Below, piece after piece: positions 1 through 13,590 of a DNA stretch of 64,000 nt; the first letter of the stretch is position 1; the number at the start of each line of letters is the position of its first letter. Source of the DNA: Nemertoderma westbladi (lineage: Eukaryota; Animalia; Xenacoelomorpha); the NCBI GenBank assembly GCA_032718475.1, contig JAUCBJ010003239.1:1-64000 (forward strand), given 5' to 3'. The notes under the pieces are model-generated. The model saw only the letters and a program-made list of their open reading frames with translations, ran no database searches and had not been told where the DNA came from. The position numbers and the translations under genes are program-made.

Positions 1-128
1 CTTAAAGATGCGGATGATCTAGCAAATGTCATGGGTGATAGGGAGTTGTGGCGGTGCAATTTTGTTGACAAGCCGGCACAGCATTCTTAAAAATGCAGCT
101 GCAATGCAGCATGCCGATCCTAGTAGTA
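1..128 (+). mobile_element. 3' end of an RTE-like LINE (same family as 23643-26250), with short (TAG)n tail
   Basis: Near-identical to the reverse complement of 23645-23768; encodes ...DADDLANVMGDRELWR.NFVDKPAQHS*. Confidence 0.85.
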
Positions 129-454
129 GGTTTTAAACAGTTTTTTATTATTGCTATTATATTGTTTTGGTTAGAAACTCGAAACCATGTAACCTGCTCA
201 ACACACTTTTATTGGTTTGGTTAAGGGGTAGTATTTTTGGTTAGAAATCACGCCCCTGTAACATTCTTTAATTTAACTTTCCTTAAATTGGTAGGTATCA
301 ACAAAGTATATTGTTTGGTTAGAAAAGACTGCTGCTGTAACCTGCCCTTTTCCCTCAATTGGCAGGTTGCATCAACCCTATTGTTTTGGAAAGTAAAATC
401 CGCCTCTGTAACCTGCTCCTTTCCCTCAATTGCTAGGTAACAACATCCTATATT

Positions 455-1465
455 GATTCCTACATTCCCACCGACCTTCTCACATTCCCATCTCCCTACA
501 TTCCCACCCACATCCCCACCGACCTTCCCACATTCCCATCTTCCTACATTCCCACCCACCTTCCCATTAATCTTCCCACATTCCCATCCACCTTCCCACA
601 TTCCCGCCGACCTTCTCACATTCCCATCTTCCTACATTCCCACCCACCTTCTCACATTCCCATCTTCCTACATTCCCACCCACCTTCCTATTAATCTTCC
701 CACATTCCCATCTTCCTACATTCCCACCCACCTTCCCATTAATCTTCCCACCTTCCCACATTCCCACCGACTTTCTCACATTCCCATCTTCCTACATTCC
801 CACCGACCTTCTCACATTCCCATCTTCCTACATTCCCACCCAGCTTCCCATTAATCTTCCCACATTCCCCTCCACCTTCCCACATTCCCACCGAACTTCC
901 CACATTCCCATCTTCTTACATTCAAACCGACTTTCACACATTCCCATTTTCCTACATTCCCAAGCGCCTTACTACATTCCCATCTTCCTACATTCCCTCC
1001 GACTTTCCCACATTCCCACCTTCATACATTCCCACCCACTTTCCCATTAATCTTTCCACATTCCCATCCACCTTCCCACATTCCCACCGACCTTCTCACA
1101 TTCCCATCTTCCTACATTCTCACCGACCTTCCCACATTCCCACTTTCCTACATTCCCAACCACCAACCTACATTCCCACCCATCTTCCCACATTCCCATC
1201 AACTTTCCCACATTCCCATCGTCGTACATTCCCACCCACCTTCCCATATTCCCACATTCCCATCCACCTTACCACATTCCCATCGACCTTCCCATATTCC
1301 CATCTTCCTACATTCCATCCACCTTCCCACATTCCCACCCAACTTCCTACATTCCCACCCATCTTCCCCAATTCCCATCCACCTTCCCACATTCCGATCT
1401 TCATACATTTAACCCACATTCCCATATTCCCATCTTCCAACATTCCCATTTTCCTACATTCCATA
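455..1465. repeat. Pyrimidine-rich (+) / G-rich (-) degenerate satellite (TTCCCACA / TTCCCATC / TTCCTACA units)
   Basis: Directly visible low-complexity tandem repeat; the ORFs here are repeat translations. Confidence 0.95.
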
Positions 1466-3849
1466 TGAGCTTTGAAAATGTTTCAGTTTAAAGTTAATAA
1501 AATACAATATGTACTGTACCGTTGCTGTATCCCCATGAAGTATCTATGAACCGGACTCTCTCGAACAATGAGCCAACTCCGTACTGGTCTCTACAAGAGT
1601 ACCAGATATTCGTTACTCGTAGACCTCTGATCTCCCATAAACATTTTAATAATACTTAGCAAGGACAGCTCTACTAGTAAACTTAGCAATACTCCAGTTT
1701 AGGTTAGGCATATATGTACCGGTTCCGTCTGACAGTGTGAATTTAAAAATGTTTCAGTTCAAAATTAATAACTCACAATACCTTACACTCTGCAGAACAG
1801 TACACAATACTGCCATATTGCAGGTAGGCCTACCTGTTACATGAATACCTATAGAGTACTACTGTATGAATTAACTGTACCACAACACCAACACGTATTT
1901 GCTGTTAGAAGTCGTTCATATAGTTACTAGGAAAATCTATTTGCAATATAATTTAGATAAATTTGATTGTCCGATCTTGGCAATTGGTCCTTTGAAATTG
2001 TTGAAGTATGTTTAGCAGTTTTTTGATTATTTTGGAATAATAATTATTCCTACCTTTGACTCATTCCTGTTTGGGGGCCTCCATCCTGGTTCTCTCACAT
2101 TTGAGGCACAGTGACAAACACCTTTCCCCAGTGGCAATTTTTGGACCGATTTGTCTCATATTTCCCACATACACTCTCTAAAACCTGTGTAACTTCATAG
2201 AAAAAAAATTTTAAATTCGGGTAATTTTCCACTTCGATCATCACGATTGAAAATCATGAGTCATGAGAAAATCATGGCTTCTTTCTCGAAAAGTCAATTT
2301 TTGCCTGTTTTCGTGCACCATTTCCTTAATTTTCCTTCAATTTGCCGGAAAATCTACAGGCAGTCACCCCAGGCAGCCAGGTCTTGTATTTAATGTGGTA
2401 TAAATTTTACGGCTGCAAAGGACGATGTGCCCTTCGCGAAGCACGTGAAAAAAACTGTATTTTCTAGAAAATACTTAACTTAATTTGACTAGGCCTACTG
2501 TCTGACTGTCAGTACCGCCCTGCCAGTACCAGACAACCGCACTACCGTTACCTACTGTTCAATTGTACCGGCGACACTGGGGGAGGAGAGCAAGAATGAC
2601 AGTTTAAGTGCCTGAAACGATTTACGATTAGCAGACATTTGGCGGATGTCATCCTGTCATCTGCAGCCGTCTTTCAGTGGTGGATAAGACACGATCTCGG
2701 TCCGTAAACACCCCCAACATGTTGTCGTTGCTCGATGGTAATGAAGCGGGATGACGCGAACGAGAAAGTAAAATTGCAATTGTTCCCATATAGCCTAGGT
2801 TTAGTTGGAATTGTGGCCCATACTTGTTGCATGTATTAATTATAATTTTTAGTTAATTTCTTACTTTTTAAATAATATAACTTTACATTGTAATTATGTT
2901 GTGAATTACTTTGCAGTAATTTGTTGTGGACGTTTTATACAGTAGTCCTACTAAGTATTATTCATGTTATTAATAATTAATACATTTTTAATAATAGTTT
3001 TTTTAGTTAGTTATGTACCTAATTTATAAGTATAGGCCTAAGTAATTTTTAATTAATCGATCATTTTTTAGTACGTTTTTTTAAGTCAAATTATTATTAA
3101 GGAATTATCAGATTATTGATTATTATATTACTGTAACTGTATTACAGTGCATATTTTTAGGAATTGTGGCATTTTCGTACAATAATAAATCAATTTGCAG
3201 TTTGTCAGTTTGTGGCATTTATTAATAGTTAATTAGCGACTTTTAGAGTAGCCGTAACGCGACAGTAGCCGTAACGCGACGACACCCTATATAGTACTAT
3301 GAATTGACGATGCCACAACACTTACTGTATTGGTGTTACTACGTAGTTAAATACACTACGAAAATCGATTTGCAATAACATTTTAGATAAATTAGATACC
3401 AGTAGGCCTACTCTGGCACCTACAAGGCCTCGGTACCAGTTGTGTGATCTTGGCGACGTTTGTGTATTATTGTTGATGCATTTTTGCTACTTTAATTTGG
3501 AATAATTATTACAAACTCTTCCCACTATTTTTTTTACTAGTGAAATGTTGCTGTTAGGTGTAAAGATAATAAATTAATTCCTGGAATGGCATTTTAACGA
3601 GAAAATTCGTAAATTGTGATATTAATTATGAGCGATGTTTTATTTCTTGAACGAAAAAATATAAAATTTTTATTTAAAACATTTTAATTTTTATATTTTT
3701 AAGTAAACTCCGGCTCCTGCTCTGTCTCCAGCCCAATTCCAACTCCTTCTAGGCTATTTATACCAGTAGGCCTACAGTATAGCATATATTTTATAACTAA
3801 TTCTGATACTTTTGTACTTGAATATTAATTAATTAACTCAGATAAAGAA

Positions 3850-5230
3850 ATGGGAGCTGCTCCATCGAATCGAAAAGGTGAAGATAATATATTACTGTTC
3901 GACCTCCAACATTTCCCGGATGGAGACAAGTTCCTGTACGCCGGTACCGAGGGCGTCGTTGTTTGCGATGCAACGAACCTCGGAATTATCGGGCGGTACA
4001 AAGATGAGGATAAGAGACGAATAAACCGATGCGCTATATCAAGTGATGCCAAGAGAGTCGCGGGAACTGTCTATAGTTATAACGGTGGGGGTGTAAATGT
4101 TTGGGATACGGAGAGTCGTGAGCTGTTGTTCCACGTCGCTCACAATGAACTCCGTATAAACTCGGAGTCTACAGAAACTATCGGTTCGCCCTCACCTTCT
4201 CCCCATCGGACCCCAACGTTTTATCAACATGTTGTAATGATGGAACTTTATCCATCATTACAATAAATCCTTCCGGTACCGCAACAGGTAATTTATTTAC
4301 TCATAAAACTTGGGCGGCTCACAGTAACTGGGTAACCGACATTGTATTCTATACAGATGGTTCTCAGGTAGTTAGCGGTTCCAGCGATGGGACCGCTAAA
4401 CTCTGGGACCTCAAAGGGAACCTAATAAAGGTTCTTATGGAAGGGGAAAGGGAAGTCTGGTCGGTAGCGTTTAATACAGATGGTACTAAACTGTTAATAG
4501 CGGGTCACGGGTTCACTAAATGTATTTCCTTTATAACCGGTGCGGAATTATGGGAACAGAGTGTAGGAGGGACGGAGGTTAAATGGGAACCTCAGGGTGG
4601 GAGGGTTGCTGTGCGGAGCTGGTTTATAGATGGTTCATCGTATATAAATTTATTCGATGGAGAATGGGAGGGTAATAAAGAAGTTTGTGGGTCGGCCGGG
4701 TGGGGAGGCGAACTGGTTCAATTCTATTAACTTCCACCCAGAAGGGAATTACCTACTGATTGGTTACTAGAAGGGAACTATTATTAAAATTAATATAAAC
4801 CAAACCGATCAGATAGAACATATTAATGTAGGAGAAGTTAGTGAGAAAATAAAAGGAGCAAAAAAATGGGAAGAAATAGGGAAATACGTTGGGAAGGTGG
4901 GTCCGTTAGGGGAAGAGATACAGACGGTAGTTAAGGGAATTATTGATGAAACAGTTAGAAATAAACTCACAGGGGGACAATACGAATTGGCTACTAAATT
5001 AGAATCAGAAGTTCTACTAATTTATTTATTAAGTCGATTTGTTATCACTGGGGATCAGATAGATATAATTAAAACACTATCCAGGTAGTCTTGCACAGAA
5101 CAATGAACTTATTGAATTCCTTAAGAAACGGACCTACAAAGACTTTCTTACATTCTGTGACGGACTTAGGGAAACTAACCAAGAACACTTAGCTGAAATT
5201 ATTGAAATAAAACCGCCTCTTCCTAAATAA
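3850..5230 (+). pseudogene. Disrupted paralogue of the WD40-CARD gene
   Basis: Colinear with 15323-16708; 1-bp indels near 4180, 4663 and 5080, and TAG at 4768-4770 in the homologous frame. Some indels could be assembly errors. Confidence 0.8.
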
Positions 5231-6247
5231 ACAAGTGAAATTAATTAAAATAAAGTTATAGGATGAAAAAAAGTATTGGAAAGAGGAACTTTTAATCTTT
5301 AGTTAAACTCACCGAATTTAAACTCTTTAGTTTGGGAAAATATAAATAAAGTTAAAAATTAAACGTTACGATTTATGGAAATACATTTAGTGCTGTTGTT
5401 ATTAATTAGTTAATTAATAATTAGTCTACCATCCATTGTTGTGTGTTTGTAACATATATTGTGTTGTTACATATAGTTTCTGAATCTTTGAATTATATTA
5501 TTTAATTATCTTTTACAAATAGAATTACTTTTCTGTTTTATGAATCATTTCGTCTTAGAGATGAAACAGACAGGGGGGATTCGAGGCAATAAAAATACAT
5601 CCCTCTCCAGGGGAAAATCTACACAAATAACAGCTGATTACTCCCACAAATACAACTGTAATCTGTGCTATTGTTTATTGTTTTGGTTATAATAACGTGC
5701 CTCAGTAACCTGCTCCTCTAGGTGTCTCACCCCCTGTCTCAGCGAGAAAACATTGTCTATTAAATAATTAACTTTATTGTTAAACAATAATAGATTCTTT
5801 GGTTAAAAAGAGTTATTAATATATAATATACGTATAAACCCTATTGGTAATATAGTTATAAAATATATAGCCTTAGTAATTAATCTTGGTAATTCGGTTG
5901 AAATTAAAATTAACCTTTTGACAGACAAACTGTTCGGTAAATTATATTTTATAATTGTAGATTGGTTGGATACCTGGGAACGGCTGTGCAGATTTACTAA
6001 ACTGTTTAAGAGTCTAATTATTTTGTGCTTTTTGTATTTATTATATATCTGGATTTTAAATAATTCGAGTTAATTAAAATATGTCGGTTTGGTCTGTTTC
6101 TAATAGGATTATTACATTTTATTTATAATATAAACCACATTAAATATTAATTAATTACTATTAATTACTCTTGATAAACATTAAATAAACTTCGTGACTT
6201 TATATACTTTTCTAGAAACAGTTAAATGTTCCCAAAATCTCTATAAT

Positions 6248-6700
6248 TGGCGTGCTGCATTGCAGCTGCATTAAGAATGCTATGCCGCAGGTCGACACTA
6301 TTGCAGCGGCACAACTCTCTATCACAATGTCTTTCACGAGATTATCCACAAATAAAAAACCGAGTCTTCTTTACGAGTCATCTCAAGAAAGTCATATGGG
6401 CTGTCCAACAGACTTATTGCTTATTCTCTACATGAGGCCGTCAATGCATAAGTTTGTGTGCAGGCTGGTCCTCACGGCCAGAGCTACAGTATAATATTCT
6501 GTAGAGTGGACCTAATTTTAGGAAGCCAAATGACGTCACTCCCCAAAACAATGCCCATATGTAATATAGGGAAGCAAAGCATCTAACGATATGGGTACAA
6601 CATTGGTTCTGCAGGGTAATACTAATGCACATACATGGCAAAGACGCTTGCTAGGTGGCGTACGAGACTATCTCACATTTTCGCTTCGTAAATTATGTGA
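6248..6700 (-). mobile_element. Old diverged RTE-like LINE 3' fragment inside duplication unit 1
   Basis: gctgcattaagaatgctatgccg...acaactctctatcac resembles the LINE 3' end at 23655-23900; far boundary approximate. Confidence 0.65.
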
Positions 6701-7380
6701 GAAAGTAGGAAATCTTGTGACTTGTAAAGGATTTCTTATTATAATCTGTTTTTTTAACCTTTTTTTAAACCTTTAATTTTCACTCCACAGGCTTACTGTA
6801 ATTGTCCTGGGGGGCATATTTACAAACCCCATACCGTCTCGGCACTGACAATGTAACTCAACCTGAATTCATTCATTTCATTCCCGGATTTGGCCCCGGT
6901 GGCTTTAATTGAATTAAAATGTTAAAACCAAATATATAATACGTCACATGTACTATAAATATTACAAAACATGGCCGGTATAATAGTAGACGGTAAAATA
7001 CTGCAAAACACATAAAACATCAGAATATTATACTATACATACTTTGCTCTATCGATAGAATAAAATATTTAGGGTTGCACAATATCATATATATTTTGTC
7101 CCAAGATCGGGGTCGGAATACTAAACAATCTGTTATTGTTATTCCTAAGTACCACACCAGTGTATGTGTTGCTTCTAAACTATTTGCCATCTGGGTTGAA
7201 AATATTCAACTAACACGTCATGTTTTACGTTGAAATTATACTTGGGTTTATTTAAAACTACCTGCATATATAGTGCGTCAAAGTGAATGCTGAAACGTGT
7301 GTTAATTAAGTCGTGTTTGCCTTCCTGTTTTTTTCTGATAAATGATCTGTTTAACTTTGTATTGATTAATTGAGAGTGCT

Positions 7381-7515
7381 TCTAAGTAAATCCCGTACTA
7401 TAATTATAAAACAAAACGTCCTATAACGACTCAATATAACGCGTAGTAACAACTCCAATAAAGTAATAATGGAAAATAACATAGCTCTACGTAACTCCTG
7501 TGGTATCTACTTTAT
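7381..7515 (+). repeat. Interspersed repeat shared with ~26728-26860
   Basis: tctaagtaaatcccgtactataattataaaacaaaacgtcc...aactcctgtggtatctact occurs at both places. Confidence 0.75.
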
Positions 7516-7764
7516 ATTCTACCAAAATCAGACAACCAAAAAATATTATACTATATTATATTAAATTTAAAAAAAATAAACGATATTATATTAAATTAAA
7601 AAAAATAATATATTATATTAAAATTATACGAATTAAAAACATCAACAAAGTTTGGTCTGAGGTCTAGAATAATATGTTCCAGGTATTAAATCAGAAAGAA
7701 ATATCACAAACAATTTTACGAAATGGCTGAATATTTGTATTTCAGATATTTCTAATTTTTTTTT

Positions 7765-8135
7765 AATTTCAGTCCACTAGCGGTAGACTGGAGAACTGCC
7801 GACTTCTTGTAATAAACATAATTGACGTAAAATGACGTCCACATACCGGTTGAGGTGTAAAAATAGACGTCAAATGCTTATAGGGATGTTTATATGTGTT
7901 GACCTCTAGCGGGAGACTGTCGAACTGATGAGGTCTAAATGTCTCTATAAATCTCTCCTTTTGGTCCTATTCATGAATTAAACTCGACAGCTTTAAATCC
8001 GACAAAGTTACTAGCATGTCAAAATCGTAACGCAGACGACAATAACGACAATATAATTATTTGACTAAATTGACCCACCCTAACAGTGTGTGGCAGTCCG
8101 CTAAGTCTCCGTCTACTTTGTGGCTCGCCCCACAA
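7765..8135 (-). mobile_element. Inverted, diverged copy of the interspersed element at 18770-19835
   Basis: gcatgtcaaaatcgtaacg, aaattgacccaccc and gtggctcgccccaca are reverse complements of sequence in 18784-18950. Confidence 0.75.
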
Positions 8136-8370
8136 CATCAGCCAATTGCCATCGCCAATCTAAATACACATATTTTGTAAAACACCCAACGTCAACCCCC
8201 TAAAAATTATCTATTGTCAACATATGTAGAGCATCACCATAATGGATTACAAATAATTTGGTTATTGTTGGTGTTAATTGTCACATCAAACTCCTCACAA
8301 CATTTAATCAAACATGTAATTGAGCGCAACTTGAGTTTTTGAGTTTTTACTCTTAGCCCACGATATGTGA

Positions 8371-8400
8371 TGGGGGTGGGGGGGGGGGGGGGGGGGGGGG
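8371..8400. repeat. Poly-G tract
   Basis: Directly visible. Confidence 0.9.
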
Positions 8401-9075
8401 AACTAGATAAGTAAACAAGATAAATAAATGTGCCAGTACAAAATGTTTGCGATTCTGTCGAATTAAAAGTACAAAGTTCAAAGACAGACGGCAGGCGAAT
8501 GAATAATTACTTCCTTATTGTTTTTGATTGAATATTCAAAGCGACATATTTATATTACGCAATAATTTTTATTGTCCGTTTTTATCCTTTTTTTGTCATT
8601 TTTTTTTGATTTTTTATGTCATCCAAAAGTCTAATGTTATTCTGTATTTTAGTACCGGTACCGGCACTGGTACTGCTATAGGCCTACTGTGTAGCCTACC
8701 ATTTAAATACGGTAATGGTAGGCCTACTGGCCTACCGGTTGTGCTAATAAATTTTAAATAATTGATAGGAGAATAATATCTTTCACATAATTTAGGCCTA
8801 TTACTGTAATATTTTTATAATCAATAATGGATCATGACTACTGTCTGAGTAGTGTTACGGATAGCGGCACCACTACTTCCAACAGCACAGATCAGTTCAT
8901 AAACTCATCCGTACTCGAAAAAACTACTTATACATGTTATACCCCGTTACCGTTTGATACCGGTAGTCACAATGATAGCGAAAACAACGACCCGTTTTTA
9001 GCCCAAAGGATCGGACGGCCAAGAGGTTCGTCCAATAAAGGGTATATACGGATTCGTACATTCTCAGACGTTGAC

Positions 9076-9820
9076 AGTTTGGTTAGAAAATCCCGCCTCT
9101 GTAATCTGCCCCTTTCCCTCAATTAGCTAAATGATCGTTTATTGTTTTGGTTAGATAATCCCGCCTCTGTAACCTGCTCCTTTCCCTCAATTGGTAATGT
9201 TATCGTTTATTGTTTTGGTTAGAAAATCCCGCCTCTGTAACCTGCTCCTTTCTCTCAATTGGTAATGTTATCGTTTATTGTTTTGGTTAGAAAATCCCGT
9301 CTCTGTAACCTGCTCCTTTCTCTCAATTGGTAATGTTATCGTTTATTGTTTTGGTTAGAAAATCCCGTCTCTGTAACCTGCTCCTTTCCGTCAATTTGTT
9401 AAATGATCGTTTATTGTTTTGGTTAGAAAATCCCGCCTCTGTAACCTGCCCCTTTCCCTCAATTAGTTAAATGATCGTTTATTGTTTTGGTTAGATAATC
9501 CCGCCTCTGTAACCTGCTCCTTTCCCTCAATTGGTAATGTTATCGTTTATTGTTTTGGTTAGGAAATCCCGCCTCTGTAACCTGCTCCTTTCCCTCAATA
9601 AGTTAAGTGATCGTTTTTTGTTTTGGTTAGAAAATCCCGCCTCTGTAACCTGCTCCTTTCCCTCAATTAGTTAAGTGATCGTTTATTGTTTTGGTTAGAA
9701 AATCCCGTCTCTGTAACCTGCTCCTTTCCCTGATTTGGTAAAGTGACTGTTTATTGTTTTGGTTAGAAAACTCGGCCTTAACCTGCTCCTTTCCATCAAT
9801 TGGTAATTGTTTTTGGCTAT
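9076..9820. repeat. ~68-bp tandem satellite, about 11 units
   Basis: Unit ttattgttttggttagaaaatcccgcctctgtaacctgctcctttccctcaattggtaatgttatcgt; degenerate units also at ~160-440, ~5675-5720, ~10380-10460 and ~17150-17195. Confidence 0.95.
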
Positions 9821-10464
9821 AAAATGAGTGTTTTGCTACGTCATGTGGTAATCGATTATCGACAACAACCACAAACTATTAAATATAGAGTCTTTTTACC
9901 ACAGGCGCATATGGAATTCTATCTCATAGTCTATAAATCATGGAATCATGGAATGTTTTGGCACAGGCATAGTGAAATCAACTGTCTGACAGTCCAGAAA
10001 TCACCAGTCTGACAGTTTGAAGAAATACATACATAAAAAGTCATTAAAATGACAATAAAAGTCATTAAATGGACAACAAAAGTCATTATGCATAATTCGT
10101 AAAAAAAAAATGACAAAAAAAGTCAAATAAAATGACATAAAAAATCACTGCCTTTATATTATACATCACATGTTGGTTAAGTGCATTCTTCAGTCTGACA
10201 TAAGTTAGTTGTATTAACTGTAAATACATCTATAGCTTTAATAACTACTTCAGTATTCCATAGGCTAGATAATACAATGGCAACCATCAGATGGAATACA
10301 ATGAAATCTCATCAAGTCATATTATAATAGCTCGGTCACACTACTGGTTTTAAACAGTTTTATATTATTGCTATTATATTGTTTTAGTTAGAAACTCGAA
10401 ACCATGTAACCTGCTCAACACACCTTTATTGTTTTGGTTATGGGGTAGTATTTTTTAGTTAGAA

Positions 10465-13400
10465 ATTCCCACCTACCTTCCCATTAATCTTCCCACATTC
10501 CCATCCACATTCCCATCGACCTTCCCACATTCCCATCTTCCTACATTCCCTCCGACTTTCCCACTTTCCCATCTTCCTACATTCCCACACCTTCCCATTA
10601 ATCTTCCCACATTCCCATCCACCTTCCCACTCCCATTCTCCACTGCAACCTTCCCACACTCCCATCTCTCCTACATTCCCACTGACCTTCCCACATTCCC
10701 ATCTTCCTACATTCCCACCCACCTTCCCATCAATCTCCACACATTCCCATCCACCTTCCCACATTCCCATCTTCCTACATTCCCACCCACCTTCCCATAT
10801 TCCTTCATTCCCATCCACCTTACCACTTTCCCATTCCACCTTACCACTTTCCCCTCCACTTTCCCATATCTCCCACATTCCCATCCACCTTTCCACATTC
10901 CCATCCACCTTTCCACATTTCAATCTTCCCACATTCACATCTCTCCTACATTCCCACCCCCTTCCAACCTTCCCACATTCCCATATCTCCTGCATTCCCA
11001 CCCACCTTCCATCATTCCCATCTTCCTACATTCCCACCCACCTTCACACATTTCCATATTCCGACATTCCCACCTTCCCACATTCCCACCGAACTTCCCA
11101 TTAATCTTCCCACATTCCCATCCACCTTCCCAAATTCCAACCTACCTTCCCACATTCCCATCTTCCTACATTCCCACCGACGTTCCCACATTCCCCTCTT
11201 CCTACATTCCCACCTACCTTCCCATTAATCTTCCTACATTTCCACCCACCTTCCCATCAATCTCCACACATTCCCATCCACCTTCCCAAATTATGATCTT
11301 CCTACATTCCCACCCACCTTCCCATATTCCTTCATTCACATCCACCTTACCACTTTCCCATCCACCTTACCACTTTCCCCTCCACTTTCCCATATTCCCA
11401 CATTCCCATCCACCTTTCCACATTCCCATCCACCTTTCCACATTTCAATCTTCCCACATTCACATCTTCCTACATTTCCACCCCCTTCCAACCTTCCCAC
11501 ATTCCCATATTCCTGCATTCCCACCCACCTTCCCTCATTCCCATCTTCCTACATTCCCACCCACCTTCACACATTTCCATATTCCGACATTCCCACCTTC
11601 CCACATTCCCACCGAACTTCCCATTAATCTTCCCACATTCCCATCCACCTTCCCAAATTCCAACCTACCTTCCCACATTCCCATCTTCCTACATTCCCAC
11701 CGACGTTCCCACATTCCCATCTTCCTACATTCCCACCGATGTTCCCACATTCCCATCTTCCTACATTCCTACCCACCTTCCCATTAATCTTTCCACATGG
11801 GGTACCATCCACCTTCCCACATTACCATCTTCCTACTTTCGCACCCACCTTACCACATTCCCATCTTCCTACATTCCCACCCACCTTCCCATTAATCTTC
11901 CCACATTCCCATCCACCTTCCCACATTCCCACCGACATTCCCACATTCCCATCTTCCTACATTCCCACCCACCTTCCCATTAATCTTCCCACATTACCGT
12001 CCACATTCCCACATTCCCCTTTTCCTACCTTCGCACCAACCTTAGCACATTCCCATCTTCCTACATTCCCACCCACCTTCCCATTAATCTTCCTACATTC
12101 CCATCGAAATTCCCACATTCCCATCTTCCTACATTCCCACCCACATTCCCATTAATCTTCCCACATTCCATTCACCTTCCCACATTCCAATCGTCCTACA
12201 TTCCCAGTCACACCCACCTTCCCACATTAACATTTTCCTACATTCCCACCCACCTTCCCATATTCCTACATTCCCACCCATCTTCCCTCATTCCCATCCA
12301 AATCCACATTCACAAGCCCACCGACCTTCTCATAATCTTCCTACATTCCCACCAACCTCTCCACATTCCCACCGACCTTTCCACATTCCCATCTTCCTAC
12401 ATTCTCACCGACCTTCCCACATTCCCATTTTCCTACATTCCCAACCACCTTCCTACATTCCCACCCATCTTCCCACATTCCCATCCACTTTCCCACATTC
12501 CCATCGTCGTACATTCCCACCCTCCTTCCCATATTCCCACATTCCCATCCACCTTACCACATTCCCATCGACCTTCCCATATTCCCATCTTCCTACATTC
12601 CATCCACCTTCCCACATTCCCACCCAACTTCCTACATTCCCATCCATCAACCCACATTCCCATCCACCTTCCCACATTCCGATCTTCATACATTTAACCC
12701 ACATTCCCATATTCCCATCTTCCCACATTCCCTTCCACCTTACCACATACCCATCTTCTTACATTCCCATTCACCTCACCACATTCCCATCCACCTTCCA
12801 CATTCCCATCTTCCTACATTCTCACCTACTTCCCACATTCCCATCTTCCTACATTCCTACCTACCCACCTTCCCATATTCCCATCCACATTCCTTAATTC
12901 CTATCTTACTGCATTCCCACCCACCTTCCCGCATTCCCATCTTCCTACATTCCCATCGACCTTCCCATATTCCCATCCACATTACCACATTCCCACCCTC
13001 CTTCCCACATTCCCATCCACCTTCCCACATTTACATCTTTCTACATTCCCACCACCTTCCCATATTCACATCTTCCTACATTCCCACCCACCTTCCCATA
13101 TTCCCACATTTCCATCCACCTTACCACTTTCCCAACCACCTTCCCATATTCCCACACAAAAACCCATCCACGTTACCACATTCCCATCTTCCTACATTCC
13201 CACCTTTCCCACCCTCCTTCCCACATTCCCATCCACCTTTCCACATTCCCATCCACCTTCCCACATTCCCATCTTCCTACATTCCCACCTACCTTCCCTT
13301 ATTCCCATCTTCCCACATTTTCATCCAAGTGACCACTTTCCCATCCACCATCCCATTTCCCACCCTCCTTCCCACATTCCCATCCGCCTTTCCACATTCA

Positions 13401-13590
13401 CATCTTCCTACAGTCCCACCTTCCTACATTCACATCTTCCTATATTTCCCACCCACATTGCCACATTCCCATCTTCCCACATTCCCAACACCTTACCACT
13501 TTCCCATTAACCTTCGCATATTCCCACATTCCCACCCTCCTTCCCACCCACTTTCCCACATTCACATCTCCCAACATTCCCACCCACACA
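10465..13590. repeat. Expanded (~3.1 kb) copy of the pyrimidine/G-rich satellite
   Basis: Same units as 455-1465; a block at ~12340-12720 aligns with ~1060-1440. Confidence 0.95.

Larger units (their letters stand above)
129..6869 (+). repeat. Tandem segmental duplication, unit 1
   Basis: Colinear with 10346-18414 from ggttttaaacag to aacctgaatt; unit-specific segments at ~1466-1650 and ~1910-2377. Confidence 0.9.

Noticed and set aside
9076-9820. Regular repeats resembling a CRISPR array
   Set aside because: Head-to-tail 68-bp units with no unique spacers, no cas genes and a eukaryotic context
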